NCBI GenBank assembly: GCA_019244185.1
Contig: JAFATB010000002.1
Span: forward strand, 64,001-128,000
Origin: Acidobacteriota bacterium
GTDB taxonomy: Bacteria; Acidobacteriota; Thermoanaerobaculia; Gp7-AA8
Direction of reading: 5' to 3'
Length of the DNA stretch: 64,000 bases
Position numbers and translations under genes: made by a program. Below the pieces are notes generated by a model, which had not been told where the DNA came from, did not search any database, and saw nothing but the letters and a program-made list of their open reading frames with translations. Positions 48,632-57,646 of this stretch are shown piece after piece. Each line of letters opens with the position of its first letter. The stretch's first letter is position 1.

Positions 48632-49554
48632 GCCTGCCTCGCCTTCATCTCCTGCGGCACGAGAGACTGATAGATGAAGTTCGTCGCCGGCGTGGCCACG
48701 CCGCGTTCGACGCCGAGGCGCACGATCGCGCCGAGCTGCGCCTCGAGCTCGGACGGCCGGCCGGCGAGGACGTCGCGCTGCAACGACGAGGTCGACTCCG
48801 GCGGCATCGCGTCGCACGTTGCCCAGATGCGCGCGACGGCGTCGGAGCCGAGGTCGACGCCGTGCGCCGCGGCGAGCGCCACGACTTCCTCGAGCGACGC
48901 GGTGACGATGTCGCGGATGCCCGGCACGATCCGCCACTGGCCAATCGGCACGCGCGTGAGCGCGCCGATGCCGCTCATCGGCGCGATGAAGAGGAACTTC
49001 GTCCACATCGCCTGATGAATGTCCGGCGGGATCTCCGCCTTGACGCCGGCGCGCACGAACGCTTCGAGCAGGCGATCGGCGCGCGCGCTGCGCGCGTTGT
49101 CGAGCTCTCCGAACATCACCGTCGGCTCGTACGCGATGTGGCGGATGTGCCCCGGCTCGACGATGAAGCTGACGATCGCGCAGAGGCCGCCGAGCACGTG
49201 CTCGCGGCCGACGACGTTCGCGAGCACGGTGGGGGAGTCGATGCCGTTCTCCAGCGGGACGACGGCCGTGTCCTCGCCGATGAGCGGCGCGAGCTGCGCC
49301 GCGGCCTCGGGGATCTGCCACGCTTTCACGGTGACGAGCACCGCGTCGACGGGACCGACGCTCGCGGCGTCGTCCGTGGCGTTGACATGGTCGAGCGTGA
49401 AATCGCCGGCGATGCTGTCGACGCGCAGGCCGCGCGTGCGCAGCGCGTCGAGCATGGCGCCGCGAGCGATGAACGTGGTGTCGACGCCCGCGTGCGCGAG
49501 CCGTCCGCCGAAGTAACCGCCAACGCCGCCGCAGCCGAGGACCGCGATCTTCAT
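48628..49554 (-). CDS. panE: 2-dehydropantoate 2-reductase
   Basis: GCGGVGGYFG, ENG, WTKF, SSLQRD..GRPSE. Confidence 0.9.
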   Translation of the reverse strand: MKIAVLGCGGVGGYFGGRLAHAGVDTTFIARGAMLDALRTRGLRVDSIAGDFTLDHVNATDDAASVGPVDAVLVTVKAWQIPEAAAQLAPLIGEDTAVVPLENGIDSPTVLANVVGREHVLGGLCAIVSFIVEPGHIRHIAYEPTVMFGELDNARSARADRLLEAFVRAGVKAEIPPDIHQAMWTKFLFIAPMSGIGALTRVPIGQWRIVPGIRDIVTASLEEVVALAAAHGVDLGSDAVARIWATCDAMPPESTSSLQRDVLAGRPSELEAQLGAIVRLGVERGVATPATNFIYQSLVPQEMKARQA

Positions 49555-49581
49555 GCGGCGTTTTCTATCACGGTTTGCTTT

Positions 49582-50100
49582 TCACGGTTTCCACGCGCCG
49601 CCGTGGCGATGCGCCTTCATCCACACCTCGTGCACGCCGCCCGCGTCGAGCATCTTCGCGATCCAGACGATCTGGCCGACGTGCGTCGAGAGATGCGAGA
49701 GCACGTTGACGACGTCCTCGATCACGAGGTCGTGCATCGCCGGCTCGGGCGACGGCTCGCTGAGCCGCGCGGGCGTCAGCGCGTCGAACGTGCGCACCGC
49801 GCTCGCGACCATCTCGTCGAACATCGCCAGCACGTCCTTCTTCGGCAGCGCGCGCCGCTCGGCGAATTCCGCGGCGCGGTCGCGCGTGAACGGGAAGCCG
49901 CCGATGTTGCGATTGAGGTAGAGATTGAGCGAGCCGGTGAGATGCAGCAGGAGGTTGCCGATCGAGTTCGAAGACTCGTTCGGCCTCCACCAGAGCTGTT
50001 CGTCCGTGAGTCCGGCGACGGCGGCGTGGATCTGTTCCGGGAAGACGCGGGTCACGCGCGTCCGGAGCGCATCGATGAGCGTTTGCAGAGTGTCGGTCAT
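49582..50100 (-). CDS. DinB/DUF1572 family protein
   Basis: NSIGNLLLHL.G, RDRAAEF, H...HVGQI. Confidence 0.85.
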   Translation of the reverse strand: MTDTLQTLIDALRTRVTRVFPEQIHAAVAGLTDEQLWWRPNESSNSIGNLLLHLTGSLNLYLNRNIGGFPFTRDRAAEFAERRALPKKDVLAMFDEMVASAVRTFDALTPARLSEPSPEPAMHDLVIEDVVNVLSHLSTHVGQIVWIAKMLDAGGVHEVWMKAHRHGGAWKP

Positions 50101-50204
50101 ATGGCGTGCCTCTATTTTGCGGTAGAATCGCGCCCTCCCGGCAACACGGCGCGATCCTTGCGTCGGATTCGACTCACTTCAACGCCAACGTCAAAAGGAC
50201 CTAC

Positions 50205-51815
50205 ATGAGCGAAATCGTATCCGCCACGAACACGGCTCCTGTCCGGCCCGCGGCCCATAAAACCGCATCCCGCCACGAGAAAACGCTGCCCGTCCATCCG
50301 AAGTCCGTCGTCTGGAATCCAACGCCCGAACAGCTGCGCGCGTTTGCGGCGGAGATGCCGAACGCCCGCGAGACGGAATTCGGGAACCTCAACGTCGCCA
50401 CGCGCGTCGTGTCGCGTTCGAAGCTCTCAACCTTCATCGCCACCGACACGCCCGAACAGCACTCCGATCAGACGATCTCGCGCGAAGAGTACGCGCGCGT
50501 CGCCAAGCTGCAGGACGACTACATCGCCACGCGCGACATGCTCGTCATCGAAGGCTACATCGGCAACGACCCGGAGTTCCGCGTCCCGGCGCGCCTCATC
50601 ATCGAGAAGTCGAACGCGAACATCGCCGCGATGCAGCACATCCTCTACTACCCGGCCACGCCCGCGGAGATCGCGGAATTCGAGCCGGCGCTGACCGTCA
50701 TCTACACGCCGAACCTGAAGGCGGACGGCTATCCCGACGAACGCCTCATCGCGGTCGACCTCGAGCACTACACGACGCGCGTCTTCAACTCGGATTACTT
50801 CGGCGAGTCGAAGAAGGGCGGTCTGCGCATGTGGAACAAGCTGGTGTACGAGCGCGGCGGTCTCGCGCTGCACGCCGGCTGCAAAGTGATTCCCGTCGAC
50901 GGCCAGCAGCGCGTCGGCCTGATCGTCGGCCTCTCCGGCACCGGCAAAACGACGACCACGTTCACGAAGCAGAACAACTCGCAGCCGGTGCAGGACGACT
51001 TCTGCGCGCTCATGCCCGGCGGCAAGATCTACGCGACCGAGAACGGCTGCTTCGCGAAGACGTTCGGCCTCAACCCGAACGACGAGCCGACGATCTATCA
51101 CGCCTGCGCGTCGACGCACGCGTATCTCGAGAACGTCTCGCAGAATGAAGAAGGCAAGATCGACTACTTCGACACGTCGTACACGCCGAACGGCCGCGCC
51201 GTCATCCGCATGGACGACATCGCTGGCGCCGCCGACGCGCGCGAGGTGAACAACGTCGACTTCCTGTTGATCCTCAACCGCAACGAGAACATCATCCCGG
51301 CCGTTGCGAAGCTCGAAGGTCCACTCGCCGCCGCCTACTTCATGCTCGGCGAAACGAAAGGCACCTCCGCCGGCGGCGCCGCCGAAGCCGGCAAGTCGCT
51401 GCGCGTCCCCGGCACGAACCCGTTCTTCCCGCTGCTGCATGCGTATCAAGGCAATCGCATGAATCAGCTGATGAAGGACAGCCCGATGGAGGTCTACCTC
51501 ATGAACACGGGCGCCATCGGCGGCGACGGCAAGCAGGAAGGCTCGAAGAAGGTGAAGATCCAGCACTCGTCGGCCGTCGTGAAAGCGATCGCCGAGGGGA
51601 CGATCAAGTGGGAACAGGACCCCGACTTCGGCTACCTCGTCGCCACCGAAGTCCCCGGCATCGACGACCCCGACTACCTCCAGCCGAAGAAGATGTACGA
51701 GCGGCAGGGAAGACTCGACGAGTACAACGCCCTCGTCGAGAAGTACAACAAGGACCGCCGCGACTACCTCCGCAAGTGGAAGGGCCTCGACGAAGAGATC
51801 GTGAACGCGATCTGA
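50205..51815 (+). CDS. pckA: phosphoenolpyruvate carboxykinase (ATP), divergent subtype
   Basis: YFGESKKG, GLSGTGKTT, QDD, ENGCFAKT, NGRA, NTG. Confidence 0.9.
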   Translation: MSEIVSATNTAPVRPAAHKTASRHEKTLPVHPKSVVWNPTPEQLRAFAAEMPNARETEFGNLNVATRVVSRSKLSTFIATDTPEQHSDQTISREEYARVAKLQDDYIATRDMLVIEGYIGNDPEFRVPARLIIEKSNANIAAMQHILYYPATPAEIAEFEPALTVIYTPNLKADGYPDERLIAVDLEHYTTRVFNSDYFGESKKGGLRMWNKLVYERGGLALHAGCKVIPVDGQQRVGLIVGLSGTGKTTTTFTKQNNSQPVQDDFCALMPGGKIYATENGCFAKTFGLNPNDEPTIYHACASTHAYLENVSQNEEGKIDYFDTSYTPNGRAVIRMDDIAGAADAREVNNVDFLLILNRNENIIPAVAKLEGPLAAAYFMLGETKGTSAGGAAEAGKSLRVPGTNPFFPLLHAYQGNRMNQLMKDSPMEVYLMNTGAIGGDGKQEGSKKVKIQHSSAVVKAIAEGTIKWEQDPDFGYLVATEVPGIDDPDYLQPKKMYERQGRLDEYNALVEKYNKDRRDYLRKWKGLDEEIVNAI

Positions 51816-51844
51816 CGTTTGCGCTACGAATGAGACGAGCGAAC

Positions 51845-51862
51845 GGCGGCCGCGAGGCCGCC
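51845..51862. terminator. GC hairpin between convergent pckA and toxin genes
   Basis: GGCGGCC-GCGA-GGCCGCC; weak U-tract. Confidence 0.45.
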
Positions 51863-51871
51863 CTTCGCGGT

Positions 51872-52177
51872 TCAGGTGAGTTGTTGGAGACGATCGCGCC
51901 AGTACGCGGGACGTCTTCGGTGATGGGCTACCGCCACGATCACGACTTCGTCCGCATCTGCCACGTAGATGACGTTGTACCGGAACGTCCGCAGCCCGAA
52001 CTTCCGCACGCGGCCGCCGATTACTGGTCCCGCCAGCGGCCGTCTCGCGATGAACTGCACGGCGTCGAGTAATGCGGCTTCGAAGCGCTCGCCGAGTCCT
52101 GCCCGCTGGCCGTCGAAGTACGCAATCGCCTCATCGACTTCCGCCTCGGCGACCCTGAGAAAGCGAACGTCGATCAC
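51872..52177 (-). CDS. RelE/ParE family type II toxin
   Basis: AEAEVDEAIAYF..GLGERF, FRYNVIY, VAVAHHRRRPAYW. Confidence 0.9.
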   Translation of the reverse strand: MIDVRFLRVAEAEVDEAIAYFDGQRAGLGERFEAALLDAVQFIARRPLAGPVIGGRVRKFGLRTFRYNVIYVADADEVVIVAVAHHRRRPAYWRDRLQQLT

Positions 52178-52404
52178 TTACGTCGCGCACGCAGCCGCGC
52201 GAACACTTCCTCGGCCGGAACGGCGTCCGCTCGACCCTCTTTGTACGCGCGGTACCGCCGCTCCGCTTCTTGCGCCCAGAGCTGGTCATTCTCTTCTTCG
52301 GAGATCTCTTCGAGGCTGTCGAGCAGTTGGCTCGCGAGGTCCGCACGCGCCGCGATCGGGAGCTCCAGCGCTTCCGCAGCGATATCTTTCAGCGGCCTGC
52401 TCAT
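52174..52404 (-). CDS. addiction module antitoxin (TIGR02574-like)
   Basis: ALELP...RA.LA..LLDSL, W..EAERR, VPAEEV; overlaps toxin start. Confidence 0.9.
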   Translation of the reverse strand: MSRPLKDIAAEALELPIAARADLASQLLDSLEEISEEENDQLWAQEAERRYRAYKEGRADAVPAEEVFARLRARRK

Positions 52405-52422
52405 GACGTCGATTGTAGCGGT

Positions 52423-54864
52423 TCAGGTCTCCACGTCGAGGAACAGATAGATCGCCGACAACGCGAACAGGATGTTCGCACTCCACGCGGACAGCAGCGG
52501 CGGCAGGTTGCCGACTTCGCCGAACTTCGTGAAGACGGCGTAGATCATCCAGTAGACGATGCCGACCACGAGCGCGATGCCGATGCCGTACAGCGCGCCG
52601 CGTTTGCCCATGCGGAACGCGAACGGCAGCGCGATCAGCGACATGACCAGGCTGATCACCGGCCACGAGGCCTTCGAGTACAGCTTCACCGACAGCTCGT
52701 CCGCGCCGTAGCCCGAGCTGCGCACGCTCTGGATGTAGCGCCGCAGCTGCGCGTACGTCATCTGATCCGGCGGCTTCACCTCGGTCGCGAAATCCTCCGG
52801 GCGCTCGGGATAGAACAGCGCCAGCGGCTGCGTGATCCGCGTGAACGTCGAGCGGCCATCGTCGCCGAACGAGCGCATCCAGCCGTCCTCGAACGCCCAC
52901 GCCTGGCCGTTCCACCGCGCGTGATTCGCGTAGACGCGCCGCGTCAGCCGGAACTCGGTCGGATGAAACTCGAAGACCTGTACCTGCGTCAGCTGCTTCG
53001 CGTTCTTGTCGTACGTGAGGAAGTTGATGAGGTATCGGCCCTTGCCGCGATACCAGAGCTTCTGTTGCGCGGCCGACGTCACCGGCGGCTTGCCTTGGAT
53101 CGTGCGCTTCAGTTCATCGACGCGCTGGTTCGAGTACGGAAGGATGAAGTCGAGGATGAAGTACGCGAGCACGCTGATGATCGCGGCGACGCAGACGATC
53201 GGCACCGCGATGCGATACAGCGACACACCGTTCGACTTGATGGCCGTGACCTCGTTGTTCTTCGACAGCACGCCGAACGTCACCAGCGTTGCCACCAGGA
53301 CCGAGATCGGCAGCGTCCAGTTCAGCACCTGGAAGATCTGGAAGCGGTAGTACGTGAGCAGCACGTCGAAGCCGATGTTGTTCTCGCGCACTTCCTTCGC
53401 GATCTCGGTGTAGTCGACGATGATGAACAGCGCGACCACCGAGATCAGCACCATCGCCAGGATCTTGAGGAACTCGCGCAGGATGTAGCGGTCGAGGATG
53501 TTCGGGAACGTGATGTCGAGCCGGTTGAGCACCGGCTCATCCTCGACCTGCGCGCCGCTCGAGACCGCGACGGCAGGCGAGCGCCGCGCGCGTTTCGCCG
53601 ACAACGCCCCGGCAATCCTCCGCACGATGCCGCCCTCGGGACGGCTGGAGAGCACATCGCGGTTCGCGCGGCTGAGCAGGTAGAACCCGAGAATCAGCAG
53701 CAGGACGTTCGCCGCCCACATCCCGACCGCCGGCGAGACTTTGCCCGTCGCGGCGAGATGCTCGCCGTTGTTGATCATCACGTAGTAGAAAAGGATGATC
53801 GCGATACTTAAAGAAAATCCTGAGCTTTTGCCGCCGCGGCGGTTCGTGATGCCGAGCGGCAGGCCGAGGATGCCGAAGGCGATGCAGGCGAACGGAATGG
53901 CGAACTTCTTGTGGATCTCGACGCGCGCGAGATTGCGCGTCATGCGGTCTTCTTCCTGCGTGCTGCGGCGGAGCTTCTGTTCCTCGTTGAGCAGCTCGCG
54001 CAGGTCCATCTCACGGAGAGAACGCGCGAGCTGATTGCCGGTGAACTCGGTGTTGATCGACGGCAGGCGGATGCGCTGCGAGGCGTTGCGGGTGAAGTCG
54101 TAGCGGTCGGGCCGGCGCGGATCCCAGATGTGCGTCTCCGCGCCCTGGAGGTTCATCCACACTTCCTTCGACGGCTTGAGGATGGAGAGATTGCCGGTCT
54201 GGGCGACGATGACACGCTGGCCGCCGCCGGTCTGCACGAGCGCGGACGAGTCGTCGTCGGTGTGCGGCGCCGTAATGTTGTTCGACATCTGCTGCGGCGT
54301 CGTGGCGTCGTGCGATTCGTCGGCGCGGTTGTCGGCGACGAACACACCTTTCCATTTGCCCGTCGCCGGATCCGTATCGTTCACGTAGATCATGAGGTTT
54401 TCGTACTGGTCGTAGAAGATCCGCGGCTGGATCGCTTTCTCGGCCGACGAGGTCATGAGCTCCGCGCGCAGCGCGACGAACTGCTGATTGCCTTTCGGCA
54501 TCACGAAATTGATGAGGTAGAGGCTCAGCAGGAAGACGAGCGTGCTGAAGAGAAAGACCGGGCGGTAGATCGTGCGCGTGGAGATGCCGAGCGCGCGCAT
54601 GGCCACGATCTCGGAGTCGGACGAGAGCCGGCCGATGGCGATGAGGATGCCGAAGAGCAGCGACATCGGCACGGTGAGCACGATGATGTGCGGCATCGAA
54701 TACAGGAGCAGCTTGCCGACGGCAGCGCCGGAGAGCGAGCGCCGGATGATCATGCCGGCCATGTCGAAGAGGCGCTGCATGAGGATGATGGAGGTGTAGA
54801 ACGCGAAGCCGAGAAGTGTCGGCCCGAGCATCTCCTTGAAGATGTAGCGCGTGAGGATCTTCAT
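52423..54864 (-). CDS. lptF: fused LptF/LptG LPS export permease
   Basis: two YjgP/YjgQ halves: ILTRYI..RLSSDSEIVAMRALG and ILDRYI..SKNNEVTAIKSNG. Confidence 0.93.
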   Translation of the reverse strand: MKILTRYIFKEMLGPTLLGFAFYTSIILMQRLFDMAGMIIRRSLSGAAVGKLLLYSMPHIIVLTVPMSLLFGILIAIGRLSSDSEIVAMRALGISTRTIYRPVFLFSTLVFLLSLYLINFVMPKGNQQFVALRAELMTSSAEKAIQPRIFYDQYENLMIYVNDTDPATGKWKGVFVADNRADESHDATTPQQMSNNITAPHTDDDSSALVQTGGGQRVIVAQTGNLSILKPSKEVWMNLQGAETHIWDPRRPDRYDFTRNASQRIRLPSINTEFTGNQLARSLREMDLRELLNEEQKLRRSTQEEDRMTRNLARVEIHKKFAIPFACIAFGILGLPLGITNRRGGKSSGFSLSIAIILFYYVMINNGEHLAATGKVSPAVGMWAANVLLLILGFYLLSRANRDVLSSRPEGGIVRRIAGALSAKRARRSPAVAVSSGAQVEDEPVLNRLDITFPNILDRYILREFLKILAMVLISVVALFIIVDYTEIAKEVRENNIGFDVLLTYYRFQIFQVLNWTLPISVLVATLVTFGVLSKNNEVTAIKSNGVSLYRIAVPIVCVAAIISVLAYFILDFILPYSNQRVDELKRTIQGKPPVTSAAQQKLWYRGKGRYLINFLTYDKNAKQLTQVQVFEFHPTEFRLTRRVYANHARWNGQAWAFEDGWMRSFGDDGRSTFTRITQPLALFYPERPEDFATEVKPPDQMTYAQLRRYIQSVRSSGYGADELSVKLYSKASWPVISLVMSLIALPFAFRMGKRGALYGIGIALVVGIVYWMIYAVFTKFGEVGNLPPLLSAWSANILFALSAIYLFLDVET

Positions 54865-55317
54865 GTCGCGGCTGGATCATCGCGGGATTGGTGCCTGGTC
54901 GCAAGGGCTGCCGCGGTTTCCCACGGTTTCCGCAGAGTCTCGTAAGATGGATTATGTTAAATATCGTGAGGGGTGGCGGTGGGGCGGGCGGCGGCGGATG
55001 CGGCGCCCGCTCCTCCGATGACCGACGCCTTGCCGCTTGGAAGATGACTCGGCCCCGTGTCGCTGCGAGCGCCGGCACGCGTGCGCGCGTGCTGCGCGGC
55101 ACGGCGCCGACGTGAACATGACCGGCGGCGCGGCCGACGATCGCGCCAAGAACGGCGTCACACCGCACGATCGCCAGCACGTCCAGCGTCGCGGGTCTTG
55201 AGCTTCATCGGACTCGAGCGCATCCGCGCGTGCCATGCGCTCGCGTGCGTTCGCCGACGCGCCGCTCGCTCGCACACCGCCGCCCGTACGAGTCGCACAA
55301 CGTGCGCCTCGCGCACC

Positions 55318-56268
55318 TCACGCCGCCGCGATCTCCAGCACATCCGCCAGCACGGCCGCGGCGGTCGGCATCGAGCCGGCGCCGCGGCCGCTGAGGCAGA
55401 TCTCGCCGACGGCGCGGCCGCGGATCACCACCGCGTTCTGTTCGTCGACAACGCGTGCGAGCGGATCGTTCGCTGGCAACGCGCGTGTCTCGACCGTCAG
55501 CTCGACGCCGCCATGCACCCGTGTTGCCTCGGCGACTTGGCGCAGTACGCGACCGTTTCTGCGCGCATGCTCGACGTCCGCCACCGTGATGCTCGCGATG
55601 CCATCGACGCGCGTACGCCGTGGCGGTGCGTCGAACGCAAGCTCGGCGAGAATGCGCAGCTTCTGCGCCGCGTCTTCGCCGCTGAGGTCGAGCGACGGAT
55701 CAGCTTCCGCAAACCCGCGCTCCTGCGCGCACGCGAGCGCCTCCGCCAAGGACAGTCCGGCTTCCATGCGCGTGAGCACGTAGTTCGACGTCCCGTTGAG
55801 GATGCCGCGGATCGACTCGATCGAATCGCCGGCGAGTCCGCGGCGCAATGCGCCGACGACGGGCACGCCGCCGCAGACGCTCGCCTCGAATCCGATCGCG
55901 ACGCCGCTGCGCGCCGCCGCCGCGAACAACTCGCCGCCTGCCGTCGCCAGCAGCGCCTTGTTCGCGGTCACGACATGCCGCCGGCGCGCGAGCGCGCGGC
56001 GCACGAACGCGGCGGCCGCGTGCACGCCGCCGACCGTTTCGACGACGACGTCGCAGGTGTCGTCGTCGATGACGTCCGTGGCCGCCGTCGTGAGGAGCGC
56101 GCGATCCGCGATCGCGCGCTCCTTGGCGGCGTCGCGCACGAGAATGCGCGTGATGGAAAGCTCGACGCCGTGACGCGCGCGAATCCGCGCGCCTTCGCGT
56201 TCGACGAGCTGCACGAAGCCGCCGCCGACGGTGCCGCAGCCGAGGAGACCGATGCGCACGCGTTTCAT
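55318..56268 (-). CDS. hom: homoserine dehydrogenase (short form, no ACT domain)
   Basis: GCGTVGGG, VTANKA, EASVCGGVP, GILNGTSNY, EADPSLD, GRGAG..PTA. Confidence 0.93.
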   Translation of the reverse strand: MKRVRIGLLGCGTVGGGFVQLVEREGARIRARHGVELSITRILVRDAAKERAIADRALLTTAATDVIDDDTCDVVVETVGGVHAAAAFVRRALARRRHVVTANKALLATAGGELFAAAARSGVAIGFEASVCGGVPVVGALRRGLAGDSIESIRGILNGTSNYVLTRMEAGLSLAEALACAQERGFAEADPSLDLSGEDAAQKLRILAELAFDAPPRRTRVDGIASITVADVEHARRNGRVLRQVAEATRVHGGVELTVETRALPANDPLARVVDEQNAVVIRGRAVGEICLSGRGAGSMPTAAAVLADVLEIAAA

Positions 56269-57452
56269 GCGACTCGCTCCTCGCCCGCCGCCGCGTCGCG
56301 GCGTACCGTACGCGCGAACGCCTGCTCGAGATCGTCGATGAGATCGCGCACGTCTTCGAGTCCGACCGACAGTCGGATCAGACTGTCGCTGATGCCGACG
56401 TTTCGGCGCACCTCCGGCTCGACGGACGCGTGCGTCATCGTCGCCGGATGGCAGAAGAGACTCTTCACCGAGCCGAGGCTCTCGGCGAGCGTCCAGAGGT
56501 GCGGGCGGCGGGTGAAGGCGCGCGTTTCTTCGAGCGTGGTGTCGAGCTCGAACGACACGATCGCGCCGAAGCGCGCCATCTGGCGGCGCGCGATCGCGTG
56601 TCCCGGCTCGTCGACGAGGCCGGGATAGTAGACGCGTCGCACGAGATCGTGTGCGAGGAGCCAGCGCGCGACCAGCTCGGCGTTCGAGCAATGCCGCTCC
56701 ATCCGCAAGCCGAGCGTCTTGATGCCGCGCAAGACGAGAAAGCAATCCTGCGGACCGGGCACCGCGCCGATGGCGTTCTGCAGGAACTTCAGCTCGTCGT
56801 AGAGTCCCTGATCGTTCGTGACCACGGCGCCGCCGAGGACGTCGCTGTGGCCGTTGATGTACTTGGTCGTCGAGTGCAGGACGAGATCGGCGCCGAGCGC
56901 GAGCGGCTGTTGCAGCACCGGCGTGGCAAACGTGTTGTCAACAACAGTGGTAATTCGGTTGGCACGAGCGATGGCAGAACACTTGGCGATGTCGGTGACA
57001 TGCAGCAGCGGATTCGACGGCGTCTCCAGCCAGAGCAGCTTCGTCTCGGGGCGGATGGCGGCGTCGATGTTCGCCGGCGACGTCGTATCAACGAACGTGA
57101 ACTCGATGCCGAAGCGCGCGAAGACTTTGGTGAAGATGCGCCACGCACCGCCGTAGAGGTCGCGCGTCGAGATGACGTGGTCTCCCCTGCTCAGCAGCGA
57201 AAGCACGGTGTGGATCGCGGCCATGCCGCTCGCGAACGCGAGGCCGTGGCGCGCGCCTTCGAGCGCGGCGAGGTTCTCCTCGAGCGCGGCGCGCGTCGGG
57301 TGACCGGTGCGCGCGTAGCAGAAGCCGTTATTTACGCCGGGCTCGGTCTGGCGGAAGGTCGAGGTCTGATAGATCGGCGTGGTGACGGCGCCGGTCGACG
57401 GATCGTCCGCCTGGCCGGCGTGAATGGCACGGGTATCGAAGCGGTAGGACAT
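56265..57452 (-). CDS. metB: cystathionine gamma-synthase/lyase (Cys/Met PLP enzyme)
   Basis: PIYQTSTF, ETPSNP, DNTFATP, HSTTKYINGHSD, SLGSVKSL; GGAGG SD. Confidence 0.88.
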   Translation of the reverse strand: MSYRFDTRAIHAGQADDPSTGAVTTPIYQTSTFRQTEPGVNNGFCYARTGHPTRAALEENLAALEGARHGLAFASGMAAIHTVLSLLSRGDHVISTRDLYGGAWRIFTKVFARFGIEFTFVDTTSPANIDAAIRPETKLLWLETPSNPLLHVTDIAKCSAIARANRITTVVDNTFATPVLQQPLALGADLVLHSTTKYINGHSDVLGGAVVTNDQGLYDELKFLQNAIGAVPGPQDCFLVLRGIKTLGLRMERHCSNAELVARWLLAHDLVRRVYYPGLVDEPGHAIARRQMARFGAIVSFELDTTLEETRAFTRRPHLWTLAESLGSVKSLFCHPATMTHASVEPEVRRNVGISDSLIRLSVGLEDVRDLIDDLEQAFARTVRRDAAAGEERVA

Positions 57453-57531
57453 TTGTTCCTCCGAACGCAAAGGTTCTGTGCGTGGCTGCGGGAGGGAAAG
57501 GCGCGGAGGGACCCGGGTCGGAAAACGCGGC

Positions 57532-57606
57532 TTACGCGTTCGCGCCCGGGCAACGCATCATCATTCGGCCCGAGAAGGTGAAGCTGTCGGTCGAACGGCG
57601 CGTCAT
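57532..57606 (-). CDS. putative Met-rich leader peptide MTRRSTDSFTFSGRMMMRCPGANA
   Basis: ATG 57606 to TAA 57532 with ATG ATG ATG CGT TGC; lies between promoter and metB. Confidence 0.75.
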   Translation of the reverse strand: MTRRSTDSFTFSGRMMMRCPGANA

Positions 57607-57617
57607 GTTGGCGCGGG

Positions 57618-57646
57618 AGAGTACGCGTGCGTCAGTCGCGTGTCAA
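57618..57646 (-). promoter_or_regulatory. sigma70 promoter of leader-metB-hom
   Basis: TTGACA (57646-57641)-N17-TACTCT (57623-57618). Confidence 0.75.

Noticed and set aside
54011-55180. Pro-rich ORF (RAPHPPPPAPPPP) as an arrest peptide for lptFG
   Set aside because: Not a true RAPP motif, lacks a clear start, and runs on out of frame deep into lptFG.
57453-57640. SAM riboswitch or T-box upstream of metB
   Set aside because: No SAM-I or T-box consensus motifs recognisable by eye; an Rfam scan would be decisive.
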